64,000 bases of DNA from an uncultured Candidatus Saccharibacteria bacterium (GCA_964543265.1 CAZIWN010000001.1:168644-232643); one strand, 5' to 3'; counted from the stretch's first letter, positions 47,352 to 58,200 are shown. Numbers and translations are program-made. The notes: generated from the sequence alone by a model not told the origin.

Positions 47352-48326
47352 CTATTTACTAATTTTTTGCTTTTGAACCTCTTCGAATGTTGTTTTAGAA
47401 ATTTCAGCTATAGAAGAAATTAATTTTTCATAATCACTGCCTCTAGTCATAACACACAATAAATATGGAGATTTTGGATAATAAACAATTCCGCAATCAT
47501 GAAATTGTTTTTGATTTAAATATTCTATTTCTCCAAATTTATGAGCAACAATCACATTTTCTGGAACACCAGCCACAATTCCAGCCCTAAATTTTACCTG
47601 ACTTAATAAGCTTAAAGCTGCTTGAGAAAATTTATTAGGCAAATAAGAAGCGTTAAAAAGAATTCTAAAAAAAGAAGCATAATCTTTAACATTAATATTA
47701 TAGCTTTCACTATCAATAGGAACCTCTAAAGAAAAATTAGAAAACATATTCCTAAATTGTTCTTCTCCAAGATATTTATATACAAGAACAGCCGCATTAT
47801 TATCGGACTCAATAATCATTTTCTCCAAAAGCTGCTTAACTGTATATGTTCCATTTGGCCTGATAGGATCTTCCGGTTGAGTGTATTGAATTTCAGTTAA
47901 AGATTTTCCAACATATTCAATTTCCCTATTAAGCAAACCTGGATCTTCAGATGCTCTTTCTAGAGTATATAAAAGAAGTGGCACCTTTAATAAGCTAGCA
48001 GGAAAAAATTTTTCTTTTTCATTAATACCAAAAGTAGATCCATTATTAAGATCTCTAAAATAATAAGACACATAACCAACCATGTCTCTATTTTTTAAAT
48101 CACTTATTTTATTTTCAATTAAATTTTTAAATGGTTTGATTGAATTTTTAGAAATATATTCCTCGCCCAAATCACACTCTAAAAGAGGATTTGTAAGTTG
48201 ATCGGTGCTAGATCCTATTCTTAATTCATTTCTATCTTTGGGACTATCTGAAATACAATAAAATACAAAAAACCCGACTAGCACACCAAATAAAAAGATG
48301 TATAATTTATAAAATTTTTTACTCAT
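47352..48326 (-). CDS. Class A beta-lactamase-like serine hydrolase
   Basis: N-terminal TM; S-x-x-K (ASLLK), SDN (ESDNNAA) and a KTG-like HKFG motif. Confidence 0.55.
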   Translation of the reverse strand: MSKKFYKLYIFLFGVLVGFFVFYCISDSPKDRNELRIGSSTDQLTNPLLECDLGEEYISKNSIKPFKNLIENKISDLKNRDMVGYVSYYFRDLNNGSTFGINEKEKFFPASLLKVPLLLYTLERASEDPGLLNREIEYVGKSLTEIQYTQPEDPIRPNGTYTVKQLLEKMIIESDNNAAVLVYKYLGEEQFRNMFSNFSLEVPIDSESYNINVKDYASFFRILFNASYLPNKFSQAALSLLSQVKFRAGIVAGVPENVIVAHKFGEIEYLNQKQFHDCGIVYYPKSPYLLCVMTRGSDYEKLISSIAEISKTTFEEVQKQKISK

Positions 48327-48346
48327 ACAAATATACTTAGAATCAC

Positions 48347-49339
48347 TTAATTATCATCGAAAAAATAGTGAGGTATAAAATAATTATGCATTTCAAAATC
48401 TCCAATTAATTTATGCTGATGCAATAAATCATATACATAATCCCATTGTACCGGTGTCATAAATCCAATTCTAAAATTATTTTTAGGTACCATTAACGGC
48501 TCCGATTCTTTTAATATAAACATCTGCTTGTCGTGATCCTTATTTTTATCACTCGTACGTATTAATGTAATAGATATAGCTTCTTCTTTATTCTTAAATG
48601 CATATTCCCACCCATCAACGGTAGCTTCCATAAATTTTTTAACAATTTCTGGATGATCTTTATAAAAATTTTTGGAAGTAATTAAAACATCATTATAAAA
48701 ATCTACCCCATATCTTTCCGGTAATATAGAGTTATAAGTAAAATTTTCTTTCTCTAATTTATATTTATCTCCAGTGCGGTACATTGCCACAGCATCAACT
48801 TCTCCGCTTAATAATGCCTTAGGCAAATCCATATCAATTTTTTTAAATTTAACTACATCGATCGGTACATTAGCAGCGGCAAGAACTGTTTCTATAAAAA
48901 ACCTCGAACCCTCATCAACGGTTTTACCAACAAGATCTTCTGGCTTATAAATTTTCTTAGCGCTAGCGCTGATTATTTCAGTAGGAGAATATTGATAAAA
49001 AGCAGCTACGGCTACAATCGGCAATCCCTTGTTGGCCGCTTTAAGAAAATCAAAAGTTGATACGATAGCAAATTGAGATCTACCACTAGCAACTTCATCA
49101 ACTAAAGATAAATTATTATCTTTTTTTTCTAAATCATTAACCTTAATCCCTTCATTTTTATAAAATCCCTTATCTTGAGCCACATATATGCCCGCAAATT
49201 GAGCATTATGAAACCATTTTAACCTTATAGAAACTTCTTCCAGCTTCTTTTTTCCGAAAAAGACCAAAAAGAAAACTGATATAAAAATAGCCACTATAAT
49301 TAAAAAAATCTTAAAACAACGATCGTTTTTAATATCCAT
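48347..49339 (-). CDS. ABC-transporter substrate-binding protein, NMT1/THI5 (SsuA-like) fold
   Basis: N-terminal TM; LKWFHNAQFAGIYVA block. Confidence 0.55.
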   Translation of the reverse strand: MDIKNDRCFKIFLIIVAIFISVFFLVFFGKKKLEEVSIRLKWFHNAQFAGIYVAQDKGFYKNEGIKVNDLEKKDNNLSLVDEVASGRSQFAIVSTFDFLKAANKGLPIVAVAAFYQYSPTEIISASAKKIYKPEDLVGKTVDEGSRFFIETVLAAANVPIDVVKFKKIDMDLPKALLSGEVDAVAMYRTGDKYKLEKENFTYNSILPERYGVDFYNDVLITSKNFYKDHPEIVKKFMEATVDGWEYAFKNKEEAISITLIRTSDKNKDHDKQMFILKESEPLMVPKNNFRIGFMTPVQWDYVYDLLHQHKLIGDFEMHNYFIPHYFFDDN

Positions 49340-49345
49340 ATTAAA

Positions 49346-49885
49346 TCAATAATTTATTCCCAATATTTTTAACACCATACCAGCAACGGGATCGGCAGAC
49401 AATCCATAGACCATAACCCCACCAAGAAGACCAGTTACCGATATGGCTATTAATCCCAAAAAGGCCAATATTCTTGAAAATACTTCATTTGTTAAAATTT
49501 TCTCTTTCCAAATTAAAATTTTTTTAAATTCTGGAGAATTTATTTTTATAAACAAAGATGATGCATTAAATATTGAAAGTATTTCCCCAAACAACAAAAC
49601 TCCATATATCCAAGAAGAAATGGCCGCAAAAGTTGAATGCGCCTCAACCAAATTTCTAGCAGGCTTAAATAAATGCTCAGCTATTTCTCCGGTATAAAGA
49701 GCGGCAAATGCGCCTAGCGTACCAAAAAATAAAAGAATTCTTTCAGCATGCCTCCAAGAAACACCAGGAAACCATTTTTTAAAAGGAATTATTTTTATTA
49801 AAGAATAAACAAACAAAAGAGCGATTGGAAAATGAACAAATATAGGATGAATATTATAAGTCATATTATCAATACAATTATACAC
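49346..49885 (-). CDS. Hypothetical 4-TM membrane protein
   Basis: Hydrophobic; host-type composition. Confidence 0.4.
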   Translation of the reverse strand: MYNCIDNMTYNIHPIFVHFPIALLFVYSLIKIIPFKKWFPGVSWRHAERILLFFGTLGAFAALYTGEIAEHLFKPARNLVEAHSTFAAISSWIYGVLLFGEILSIFNASSLFIKINSPEFKKILIWKEKILTNEVFSRILAFLGLIAISVTGLLGGVMVYGLSADPVAGMVLKILGINY

Positions 49886-49934
49886 CTAATCACAGTAGAT
49901 AATACAAATCTGATATAATTGCTATCAATAAAAC

Positions 49935-50591
49935 ATGAAGTCTTTTCTAAACACTTTTGGCAGAAATATAGTAAAATGCCTTTCTTTAAAAAATTTTATT
50001 TTTCAAATCATAGCAATCATATCTACTATAATTATCGTAAAAAGCGGTTTTGATTGGTATTACTTTTTAAATACAAGAAACCCCATTATATTCTACGGTT
50101 TCTTTCCGGCAGTTATGTTTGGTGGAATACTGCCAATCGTAATTCCATTATTTTTATTAATATCAGGAAAAATTTCTCAAAAAAGAAATATTTTTATTTC
50201 TGGAGTTGCCATGACGCAATCAGCCATAACCGGATCATTTATATCTTCCCTATATAAAGCATTTACAGGAAGAATCCAGCCCACATTTTTTAATACAGCA
50301 GTAGACATTAGTCATCAATTTAATTTTGGCTTTCTTAAACACGGAATTTTTTGGGGATGGCCATCATCTCACACAACCATAGCATTTGCCATGTCGGTCT
50401 GCTTAATTATGCTTTTTCCTAAAAATAAATTTATTAAAATAATTGCAGTTCTATATGCTTTTTATGTTGGATTTGGAGTTTCTATAAGTATTCATTGGTT
50501 TTCAGATTTTATAGCAGGAGCTATATTGGGAAGCATAATCGGTAGAGTTATTGGTAATTACTATATTTTAAAGATTGAAAATAAAGAGTAA
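49935..50591 (+). CDS. PAP2-family membrane phosphatase
   Basis: KAFTGRIQP (Kx6RP-like), PSSH (PSGH), SIHWFSD (SRx5Hx3D) motifs. Confidence 0.55.
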   Translation: MKSFLNTFGRNIVKCLSLKNFIFQIIAIISTIIIVKSGFDWYYFLNTRNPIIFYGFFPAVMFGGILPIVIPLFLLISGKISQKRNIFISGVAMTQSAITGSFISSLYKAFTGRIQPTFFNTAVDISHQFNFGFLKHGIFWGWPSSHTTIAFAMSVCLIMLFPKNKFIKIIAVLYAFYVGFGVSISIHWFSDFIAGAILGSIIGRVIGNYYILKIENKE

Positions 50592-50602
50592 AATATAAGG
50601 GT

Positions 50603-51079
50603 ATGAGAATAAATAATTTCTCAAAATTAGTTATCTCAATAATTATTTCTCAATTAGCTGGAATAATCGGTTCAATTTTTACAACCTCAGAAATTCCAAA
50701 TTGGTATTCAAATCTAATTAAACCAAGCCTCAATCCCCCAAGTTGGCTCTTTGGCCCAGTCTGGATTACTCTATACATATTAATGGGTATATCGGCTTTT
50801 TTAATCTGGAAAAATGGATTGGAGCAAAAAAATATAAAAAAATCTTTATCTCTTTTTATAATTCAACTAATTTTCAATAGCTCCTGGTCTATAGTCTTCT
50901 TTAAATTTCACAACCCTGGCCTTGCTCTAATAAACATAATTATCTTATGGATACTAATTCTTTGCACAATAATTTCATTTCATAAAATATCAAAAACAGC
51001 CAGTCGCTTATTAATCCCATATATTTTATGGGTAAGTTTTGCCACATATTTAAACTATGCAATATATGCGCTTAATTAG
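50603..51079 (+). CDS. TspO/MBR tryptophan-rich sensory protein
   Basis: 5-TM; NPPSWLFGPVWITLY and W-rich loops. Confidence 0.8.
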   Translation: MRINNFSKLVISIIISQLAGIIGSIFTTSEIPNWYSNLIKPSLNPPSWLFGPVWITLYILMGISAFLIWKNGLEQKNIKKSLSLFIIQLIFNSSWSIVFFKFHNPGLALINIIILWILILCTIISFHKISKTASRLLIPYILWVSFATYLNYAIYALN

Positions 51080-51238
51080 AGTCATTGATCAAAAACAAAA
51101 AACACCGAATTCTAAAAATATCGGACCATCCCAATTCATTCCCTTCATCATATATTTATTTAAAAACATAAATATATGAAAATAAGAAATATTAAATATT
51201 TAAGGTCGATTTATTTATAAATTAATTAATTTAAAATT

Positions 51239-51700
51239 ATGACACAATCTCAAAAATTATCTTCATTTTTTCTTAGATTGACTCTAGGTTGGATGTTTTT
51301 CTATGCAGGTATCACTAAAGTTATGGATTCTAATTGGTCTTCTGTTGGATATTTGAAGGGAGCAAAAAACTTTCAATGGTTTTATGGATGGCTTTCCTCT
51401 CCATCAATTATTCCCGTAGTAGATTTTATCAATGAATGGGGTTTAACACTTTTAGGAATTTCTTTAATACTTGGAGTTTCTATTAAGTTAAGTTCGAGAC
51501 TCGGAGCTCTACTTATGCTTCTATACTATTTACCAATATTAGATTTTCCATATCCTAACGCACACGCATTTATAGTAGATGAACATATAATTTATATTGC
51601 CGCATTATTTTTATTGAGCAGTATTAATGCCGGAGAATCTTTAAGCTTACAAAACTGGCTTTCTAATAAAATCCCGTCCTTAAGAAAATTCTTCAGTTAA
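51239..51700 (+). CDS. DoxX-like membrane protein
   Basis: LRLTLGWMFFYAG pattern. Confidence 0.45.
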   Translation: MTQSQKLSSFFLRLTLGWMFFYAGITKVMDSNWSSVGYLKGAKNFQWFYGWLSSPSIIPVVDFINEWGLTLLGISLILGVSIKLSSRLGALLMLLYYLPILDFPYPNAHAFIVDEHIIYIAALFLLSSINAGESLSLQNWLSNKIPSLRKFFS

Positions 51701-51755
51701 AATTTATCCACAATAAATTTTTACAAATATACCCCCCAGGGGGTATATTTTATAT

Positions 51756-52025
51756 ATGAATAATTTAAAGAATAAAAGCCAGCTTATTCGTAGATTAAAA
51801 ATAATAGAAGGACAAACAAGAGGTCTTCAAAGCATGATAGAAGATGGAACTTATTGTATTGATATAATCTCTCAAACATCAGCAGTAAAGCAAGGACTAT
51901 CAAACATTGAAGATTTGTTATTAGAAAATCATCTTGGAGGATGTATCGTTGAGCAAATTAAATCTGGTAAAACAGACCAAGCCAAAAAAGAAATTTTAAA
52001 AGTCTACAAACTTAAAAGAAAATAA
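51756..52025 (+). CDS. csoR: CsoR/RcnR-family metal-sensing repressor
   Basis: RLKIIEGQTRGLQSMIEDGTYCIDIISQ...HLGGC (C-H-C metal site). Confidence 0.8.
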   Translation: MNNLKNKSQLIRRLKIIEGQTRGLQSMIEDGTYCIDIISQTSAVKQGLSNIEDLLLENHLGGCIVEQIKSGKTDQAKKEILKVYKLKRK

Positions 52026-52029
52026 AAAT

Positions 52030-54324
52030 ATGCTTAGTAAAATTTACAAAGTAAAAGGCATGCATTGCGCCTCTTGCGCCTCAGTTATAGAAAAAACAAT
52101 TAAAAAAACAGATGGCGTTGAGTCTATAGAAGTAAATTACGGCACAGAAAAGGCTAAGATTTTATTTGATCCATTAAAAACAAATCTCAATAACCTATCT
52201 AAACATATTAAACCGCTTGGCTATTCCCTAGTGGATTCAATGACGGCCGAAGAAATGGGAATGTCAGAAAACGAACACGCGGCTCATTTAGGATTAAATC
52301 AATCCAAAAAAGAAAAACTCACAGAAATAGCGGAAATGAAAAATAAAGTAAAAATAGCTATTTCCCTAGCCATATTTAGTATTTTTATCATGGGTTGGGA
52401 TATTTTATCCAAATTCAACATCATTCCTAAAATGCCTTTTATTTGGGAAGATTTTTTCCATCACCTTCTTCCAATATTTGCCACTTATACCCTATTTGTC
52501 ATAGGTAAACCATATCTCTTAGGATTTTATCGATTTTTAAGATACGACGTCGCAAATATGGATACCCTAATAGGCATCGGAACATCTGCCGCATATCTTT
52601 ATAGTTTCATCGTTACAGCTTTCGAAGAAAAATTAAAACCCTTTTTGGATGTAAATAATACTTATTATGATGTAACTATAGTTGTAATCGCCTTTATTAC
52701 TCTTGGAAAATATTTAGAAGCTAGAGCAAAAATAAAAACGGGAGACGCCATAGAAAAATTACTCAACCTCCAAGCAAAAACCGCCTTAATTTTAAAAAAT
52801 GGAAAAGAAGAAGAAATGCCAATTAACGAGGTCGTCCATGGAGATATTTTAATTATAAAACCTGGGGCCAGAATTCCAGTAGATGGAATTTTAATAGAGG
52901 GATCATCTTTCGTGGATGAAGCTATGATAACCGGAGAATCAATGCCGATCGAGAAAAAAGCAGGAGACACAGTAATCGCTGGCACAATTAATACCACCGG
53001 CTCTTTTAACTTCAAAGCAACTAAAATAGGCAAAGAAACTCTTCTTTCTCAGATAATAAAAATGGTTGAAGATGCGCAAGGAAGCCGTGCGCCTATTCAA
53101 GCATTAGTAGATAAAATATCAAGCATATTTGTGCCGATAGTTTTAGTCTTAAGTTTTATAACTTTAGGATTATGGTTGTTTTTCGGCTGGAAAACTCTGG
53201 GCTTATCACAATCAATATCTTATGGATTAACTTCATTTGTAGGTATTTTAGTTATCGCCTGCCCTTGTGCCCTAGGACTTGCAACCCCAACAGCCATTAT
53301 TGTTGGAGTTGGTAAGGGCGCCAGAGAAGGTATTTTAATTAAAGATGCCTCAACTTTAGAAAAACTTCATGAAGTAAATATGGTAGTTATAGATAAAACT
53401 GGAACCATAACTAAAGGCAAGCCAGAAATAACCGACATTAAAAACCTATCTAATTTATCAGAAGAAAAAATAATCTCAATTTTAGCCACCTTAGAAAAAA
53501 AATCAGAACATCCAATTGCGCACGCAATCTCTCAATATGCCAAATTAAAAAACATTCAAACATTAGATATTTCTGATTTTGAAATTATTAAAGGAAAAGG
53601 AGTTAGGGGTAAGGTAGACAATAAAGAATATTTTTCTGGAAATATAAAACTCATATCTGATTTAAAAATATCTTTAGATTTAACAAAAATAGAAAAAGAA
53701 ACCTCGCAAGGCAAAACTCCGGTCATTCTCTCAACTAAAAATGAATTACTTGGAATTTTTATGGTTTCCGACGCTATAAAACCAGAAGCCGTTGAAGCCA
53801 TAAAAAACCTACACCGACTTGGAATCAAAACCGCAATGTTAACGGGAGATAATAAAAATACTGCAAACGCCATAGCTCAAATCGCAGGCATTGATAATGT
53901 TTTTTCAGAAGTGCTTCCTGATGAAAAATTAAATAAAATAAAAGAGCTCCAATCTCAAGGACGCATCGTGGCTATGGCCGGCGATGGAATAAACGATGCT
54001 CCAGCACTTGCCCAAGCAGACGTTGGTATCGCTATGGGAACGGGCACAGACGTTGCCATAGAAACCGCCGGCATTACCCTACTACATGGCGATATCTCGA
54101 AATTAGTAAAAGCCATACGTTTATCCAAGATAACTATGCGCGGAATTAAACAAAATCTTTTCTGGGCATTTATTTACAACATAATAGGAATTCCCGTAGC
54201 AGCTGGGTTGTTATATCCGTTTTTTGGATGGCTATTAAGTCCAATTTTCGCAGGACTCGCTATGGCGCTTTCAAGCGTATCAGTCGTCGGCAATTCACTA
54301 CGCCTTAAAACTAAAAAATTATAA
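52030..54324 (+). CDS. copA: Copper-translocating P1B-type ATPase
   Basis: HMA GMHCASCA, CPC in TM6, DKTGT, TGDN, GDGINDAP. Confidence 0.9.
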   Translation: MLSKIYKVKGMHCASCASVIEKTIKKTDGVESIEVNYGTEKAKILFDPLKTNLNNLSKHIKPLGYSLVDSMTAEEMGMSENEHAAHLGLNQSKKEKLTEIAEMKNKVKIAISLAIFSIFIMGWDILSKFNIIPKMPFIWEDFFHHLLPIFATYTLFVIGKPYLLGFYRFLRYDVANMDTLIGIGTSAAYLYSFIVTAFEEKLKPFLDVNNTYYDVTIVVIAFITLGKYLEARAKIKTGDAIEKLLNLQAKTALILKNGKEEEMPINEVVHGDILIIKPGARIPVDGILIEGSSFVDEAMITGESMPIEKKAGDTVIAGTINTTGSFNFKATKIGKETLLSQIIKMVEDAQGSRAPIQALVDKISSIFVPIVLVLSFITLGLWLFFGWKTLGLSQSISYGLTSFVGILVIACPCALGLATPTAIIVGVGKGAREGILIKDASTLEKLHEVNMVVIDKTGTITKGKPEITDIKNLSNLSEEKIISILATLEKKSEHPIAHAISQYAKLKNIQTLDISDFEIIKGKGVRGKVDNKEYFSGNIKLISDLKISLDLTKIEKETSQGKTPVILSTKNELLGIFMVSDAIKPEAVEAIKNLHRLGIKTAMLTGDNKNTANAIAQIAGIDNVFSEVLPDEKLNKIKELQSQGRIVAMAGDGINDAPALAQADVGIAMGTGTDVAIETAGITLLHGDISKLVKAIRLSKITMRGIKQNLFWAFIYNIIGIPVAAGLLYPFFGWLLSPIFAGLAMALSSVSVVGNSLRLKTKKL

Positions 54325-54325
54325 A

Positions 54326-55345
54326 ATGAAAACTTATATATTTCACGTCAAAGGAATGCATTGCAATTCTTGCGTTATCTTAACTGAAAGTGAACTTGGC
54401 TCTATTCCAGAAATATCTAAGGTAAAAGCTTCTCTTGAAAATCTAAGTGTTGAAATTACTGGTGAATTTGGAGATAAGTCTCCAGAAAAAATTGCCGAAG
54501 ATTTAAGCAAAATATTAAAACCTCATGGCTACACCCTATCGATAGAAAAACAAAAAATCCAGATCAAGTGGTCAGATTTCAAAATCGCTTTGCCGATTGC
54601 TATAGGATTTATAGCTCTCTTTATTGTCCTCCAAAAATTAAACATAGTTAATTTAATAACAACTTCAGAAGTTAGTTACGGAACCGCGTTTTTAATAGGG
54701 CTCATCGCCTCAGTTTCAACCTGTATGGCGGTTGTTGGCGGCCTAGTTCTTTCTATATCGGCAAATTTTGCCAAGGAAGGAGATAAAATTCGTCCACAGA
54801 TTTTGTTTCATATTGGAAGATTAATTTCTTTTTTTATTCTTGGGGGAGCAATTGGCATCTTAGGATCTGTTTTTCAGTTTGGTCAAACTGGAACTTTTAT
54901 TCTGAATCTAATAATAGCTTTAGTACTTTTAATTTTAGGTATAAATCTTTTGGAAATTTTCCCTTGGATTAAAAAAATCCAGCCTACAATTCCAAATTTT
55001 ATAGGCAAACGCGCCCATAATATTAAAAACCTAAACCACACCCTTACCCCATTTCTAGTTGGAGTCGCCACATTCTTTCTGCCCTGCGGCTTTACTCAAT
55101 CTATGCAGATATACACTCTCACAACTGGCAGTTTTTGGACTGGAGCCATGACTATGCTTGTGTTTTCTCTGGGAACATTACCAGTTCTCTCTTTATTAAG
55201 TTTCGGATTTGCTGGAATTAATAATAAAACTAAATCTGGAATATTTTTTAAAACTGCTGGAATTGTGATTATATTTTTCGGACTTTTTAATTTAATAAAT
55301 GGCTTAGTCGGACAAGGCATAATACCTCCAATTTTCAGCTTTTAA
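54326..55345 (+). CDS. HMA-domain fused to a polytopic membrane protein (metal-binding permease, DsbD/CcdA-like TM core?)
   Basis: N-terminal GMHCNSCV HMA domain, then about 8 TM helices; possibly translationally coupled (ATAAAATG) to copA. Confidence 0.55.
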   Translation: MKTYIFHVKGMHCNSCVILTESELGSIPEISKVKASLENLSVEITGEFGDKSPEKIAEDLSKILKPHGYTLSIEKQKIQIKWSDFKIALPIAIGFIALFIVLQKLNIVNLITTSEVSYGTAFLIGLIASVSTCMAVVGGLVLSISANFAKEGDKIRPQILFHIGRLISFFILGGAIGILGSVFQFGQTGTFILNLIIALVLLILGINLLEIFPWIKKIQPTIPNFIGKRAHNIKNLNHTLTPFLVGVATFFLPCGFTQSMQIYTLTTGSFWTGAMTMLVFSLGTLPVLSLLSFGFAGINNKTKSGIFFKTAGIVIIFFGLFNLINGLVGQGIIPPIFSF

Positions 55346-55367
55346 CAAAACTGATAGAATAAAATCA

Positions 55368-55757
55368 ATGAAAGCAATAACGTCATCCATCATAATAGGC
55401 ATAATAATCATAGGAGCTTCAATTTTTATCGCTGGTGGGAACAATGACAATTCTACGTCCGAAAAAATAAATAACGTTAGTTTGGTTGACGGAAAACAAA
55501 CCATTACAATAAACGCTAAAGGCGGATACTTCCCCAAAAAAACAATAGCCAAGGCAGAAACCCAAACCACGTTAAAAATAATTACTAAGGGGACATTCGA
55601 TTGTTCTTCCGCAATCAACATTCCAGCTTTAGAATATCGAAATAATCTTCCATCTTCTGGAGAAACAGAGATTAACATCCCTCCGCAAAAATCAGGAACA
55701 ACCATAAGAGGCCTGTGTGCCATGGGAATGTATAATTTTTCTATAAGCTTCAATTAA
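55368..55757 (+). CDS. Small secreted cupredoxin-like protein (putative)
   Basis: N-terminal TM; C..H-less but GLCAMGMY Cys/Met cluster; in the copper operon. Confidence 0.3.
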   Translation: MKAITSSIIIGIIIIGASIFIAGGNNDNSTSEKINNVSLVDGKQTITINAKGGYFPKKTIAKAETQTTLKIITKGTFDCSSAINIPALEYRNNLPSSGETEINIPPQKSGTTIRGLCAMGMYNFSISFN

Positions 55758-55762
55758 AAAAT

Positions 55763-56581
55763 ATGAAAAAAATATCTATCGCCATTATATTAATATTTAT
55801 TTCTATATATATATTTTTGGTTTTAAATAAAAATGAAAATATAGATAATGAAAAAGAAAAATCAGATCTTATAGTTTTAGAAGCTCCTAAGTCCGGTAGT
55901 GAAATATCTAGTCCACTTATTGTAACCGGAAAAGCCAGAGGCCCTTGGTATTTTGAAGCATCTTTTCCGATAAAACTTATCGACGGAAATGGAAAAGAAA
56001 TTGCCTTAATTCCAGCTCAAGCCCAAAGCGATTGGATGACAACAGAGTTTGTTCCATTTAAAACAATTTTAACTTTTTCCACTCCAACCACAAAAAATGG
56101 AAAACTCATTCTTAAAAAAGATAATCCCTCCGGACTTCCAGAAAATGACGATTCACTCACAATACCGATAATTTTCAAAAAATATACACAAGACAAATCA
56201 ACAAAAGAACTAAAAGTATTTTTTAATAATCAAAATGCCGGAGACGAATGCGAAAAAGTATCTTACGTCTTCAGAGATGTTCCCTCGACCGTTGCTGTTG
56301 GTAGAGCTGCTATAGAAGAACTCTTAAAGGGACCATCTGCGGAAGAAATAAAATCTGGATTTTCAACTTCAATCAATTCCGGAGTTAAAATTAACAGCTT
56401 AACCATAGAAAACGAAATTGCTAAGATAGATTTTTCTCAAGAATTAGATAAAAACGTTGCCGGCTCGTGCAGGGTTGGAGCGATCAGATCTCAAATAACA
56501 GAAACTCTATCTCAATTTCCAACCGTAAAAAGTGTAATAATTTCTGTTAACGGAAGAATAGCTGATGTTCTACAGCCGTAA
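55763..56581 (+). CDS. GerMN / Gmad2 domain protein
   Basis: N-terminal TM; Ig-like Gmad2 region then GerMN block AIEELLKGPSAEE..GFSTSI. Confidence 0.55.
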   Translation: MKKISIAIILIFISIYIFLVLNKNENIDNEKEKSDLIVLEAPKSGSEISSPLIVTGKARGPWYFEASFPIKLIDGNGKEIALIPAQAQSDWMTTEFVPFKTILTFSTPTTKNGKLILKKDNPSGLPENDDSLTIPIIFKKYTQDKSTKELKVFFNNQNAGDECEKVSYVFRDVPSTVAVGRAAIEELLKGPSAEEIKSGFSTSINSGVKINSLTIENEIAKIDFSQELDKNVAGSCRVGAIRSQITETLSQFPTVKSVIISVNGRIADVLQP

Positions 56582-56599
56582 ATATTGTATAATTACGGT

Positions 56600-56749
56600 A
56601 TGAGTAAAAAAATATTTTCTTGGGAAGCCTTAGTTTTAATGGGTATAATTCTTTGGTTTTTAAATGGAATAATAAAATTTATTGGCTTGGTTTTAGTAGT
56701 TATTGGAATAATCGAATACTTTAAAAATAGAAAAAATATTATCAAATAA
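56600..56749 (+). CDS. 49-aa 2-TM peptide
   Basis: ATG at 56600; host-type composition; not in the track. Confidence 0.3.
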   Translation: MSKKIFSWEALVLMGIILWFLNGIIKFIGLVLVVIGIIEYFKNRKNIIK

Positions 56750-56750
56750 T

Positions 56751-57125
56751 ATGAATATATTTAAAATTTTATTATTTGGACTAATAAATTACGCTATAAG
56801 ATTTGCCATTGGAGGATTTCTCTATATGGGCATAGCCATGAATCCAGTTGGCTTTTGGTATGGTTTTTCTATGACTTTAACCTCTTTAATTTTAACCATT
56901 ATATTTCTTAAATTTGTTATCAAGCCAGAAACGCGCAAAAACGCTGCTTCAACCATAACTATTTGGATACTTATAGCCTTAATTTTAGATATTGTTACAG
57001 CTAGACCAATAATCCACATCGATATAAGCTATCTTTTATCAGAAATTCAGACTTGGACACGCCTATTTGTGATGTTTTTAGCCGTTCTATTTATTAAGAA
57101 TAAATCACTTAATTCTCAGCTTTAA
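56751..57125 (+). CDS. Hypothetical 3-TM membrane protein
   Basis: Hydrophobic profile. Confidence 0.4.
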   Translation: MNIFKILLFGLINYAIRFAIGGFLYMGIAMNPVGFWYGFSMTLTSLILTIIFLKFVIKPETRKNAASTITIWILIALILDIVTARPIIHIDISYLLSEIQTWTRLFVMFLAVLFIKNKSLNSQL

Positions 57126-57315
57126 AAGGATAATTTTGCTTAATTGACATAAATTACCCATTCCTCTATACTTATGACCGAGTATGAGAACGTTCATTTC
57201 CTTCTTATTTCAGTAAATATTTAAGGGAGTGCGTGGATAGGTTTGTCCAATACAAAACTGGCCCAAATCTAATGGTTCGGCTCATGCGATTTATAAATAT
57301 TTTACGAAATAAAGA

Positions 57316-57648
57316 ATGGCAAAAAGATTATATTTCGGAAACCTTTCATGGGACACAACTGATAAGAGTCTCATGGCTGCGTGTTCTGAATTCGGCACCG
57401 TTACTTCAGCGACTGTCATCACTGATAAAATGACTGGCAGATCAAAAGGTTTCGGATTCGTCGAAATGTCATCCGACGCAGAAGCTGATAAAATTATCGC
57501 TTCTATGAACGGAAAAAACTTCGAAGGAAGAGACATCACCGTTAATGAAGCCAGACCAAAAGAAGAGAGACCAGAAGGCGGCTTCGGAGGTGGAAGAGGC
57601 AGAATGGGCGGTGGAATGGGTGGAGGAATGGGAAGAGGAAGATATTAA
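57316..57648 (+). CDS. RRM-type RNA-binding protein with Gly-rich tail
   Basis: RNP2 LYFGNL and RNP1 KGFGFVEM; about 165-nt structured leader. Confidence 0.85.
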   Translation: MAKRLYFGNLSWDTTDKSLMAACSEFGTVTSATVITDKMTGRSKGFGFVEMSSDAEADKIIASMNGKNFEGRDITVNEARPKEERPEGGFGGGRGRMGGGMGGGMGRGRY

Positions 57649-57687
57649 TCTCCGCTTCACAGACCAAAATCTGTTTAAAAAAACAAC

Positions 57688-57712
57688 CCCGATTAATCGG
57701 GGTTGTTTTTTT
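57688..57712 (+). terminator. Intrinsic terminator
   Basis: AACAACCCCGAUUAAUCGGGGUUGUUUUUUU. Confidence 0.6.
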
Positions 57713-57716
57713 ATAT

Positions 57717-58190
57717 TTAATTATTTTTTATCAATCTATCCAAATCCAATAAAACCTCCTCGGCATGTATTTCAGGTTTTACTTTACCATATACTTTTAC
57801 AATCTTCTGATCCGGATTAATTAGATAAGAAACCCTGCTAGTTCCTTGATAAACCTTTCCCATAAACTTCTTTTCTCCCCAAACCCCGTATTCATTTACC
57901 ACCTTCTTATCTTCATCCGCTAATATTATAAACGGCAATTTATATTTCTTATGAAATTTATCGTGGCTTTTTACCGAATCAACACTCACACCTAAAACAA
58001 CAGCATTCTTCTTTTTAAATTCCGCCCATGAGTCGCGAATCGCGCAAGCTTCTTTAGTGCATCCAGGAGTATCATCCTTTGGATAAAAATAAAGCAAAAC
58101 CCATTTTCCCTCATAATTAGAAAGCTTATGCGCCTTCGCCTCTTGATCCATTAACTCAAAATCCGGTGCCTTTATATTTTCTTTTAACAT
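57717..58190 (-). CDS. bcp: Peroxiredoxin Bcp
   Basis: FYPKDDTPGCTKEAC. Confidence 0.85.
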   Translation of the reverse strand: MLKENIKAPDFELMDQEAKAHKLSNYEGKWVLLYFYPKDDTPGCTKEACAIRDSWAEFKKKNAVVLGVSVDSVKSHDKFHKKYKLPFIILADEDKKVVNEYGVWGEKKFMGKVYQGTSRVSYLINPDQKIVKVYGKVKPEIHAEEVLLDLDRLIKNN

Positions 58191-58200
58191 TTTTATTATT

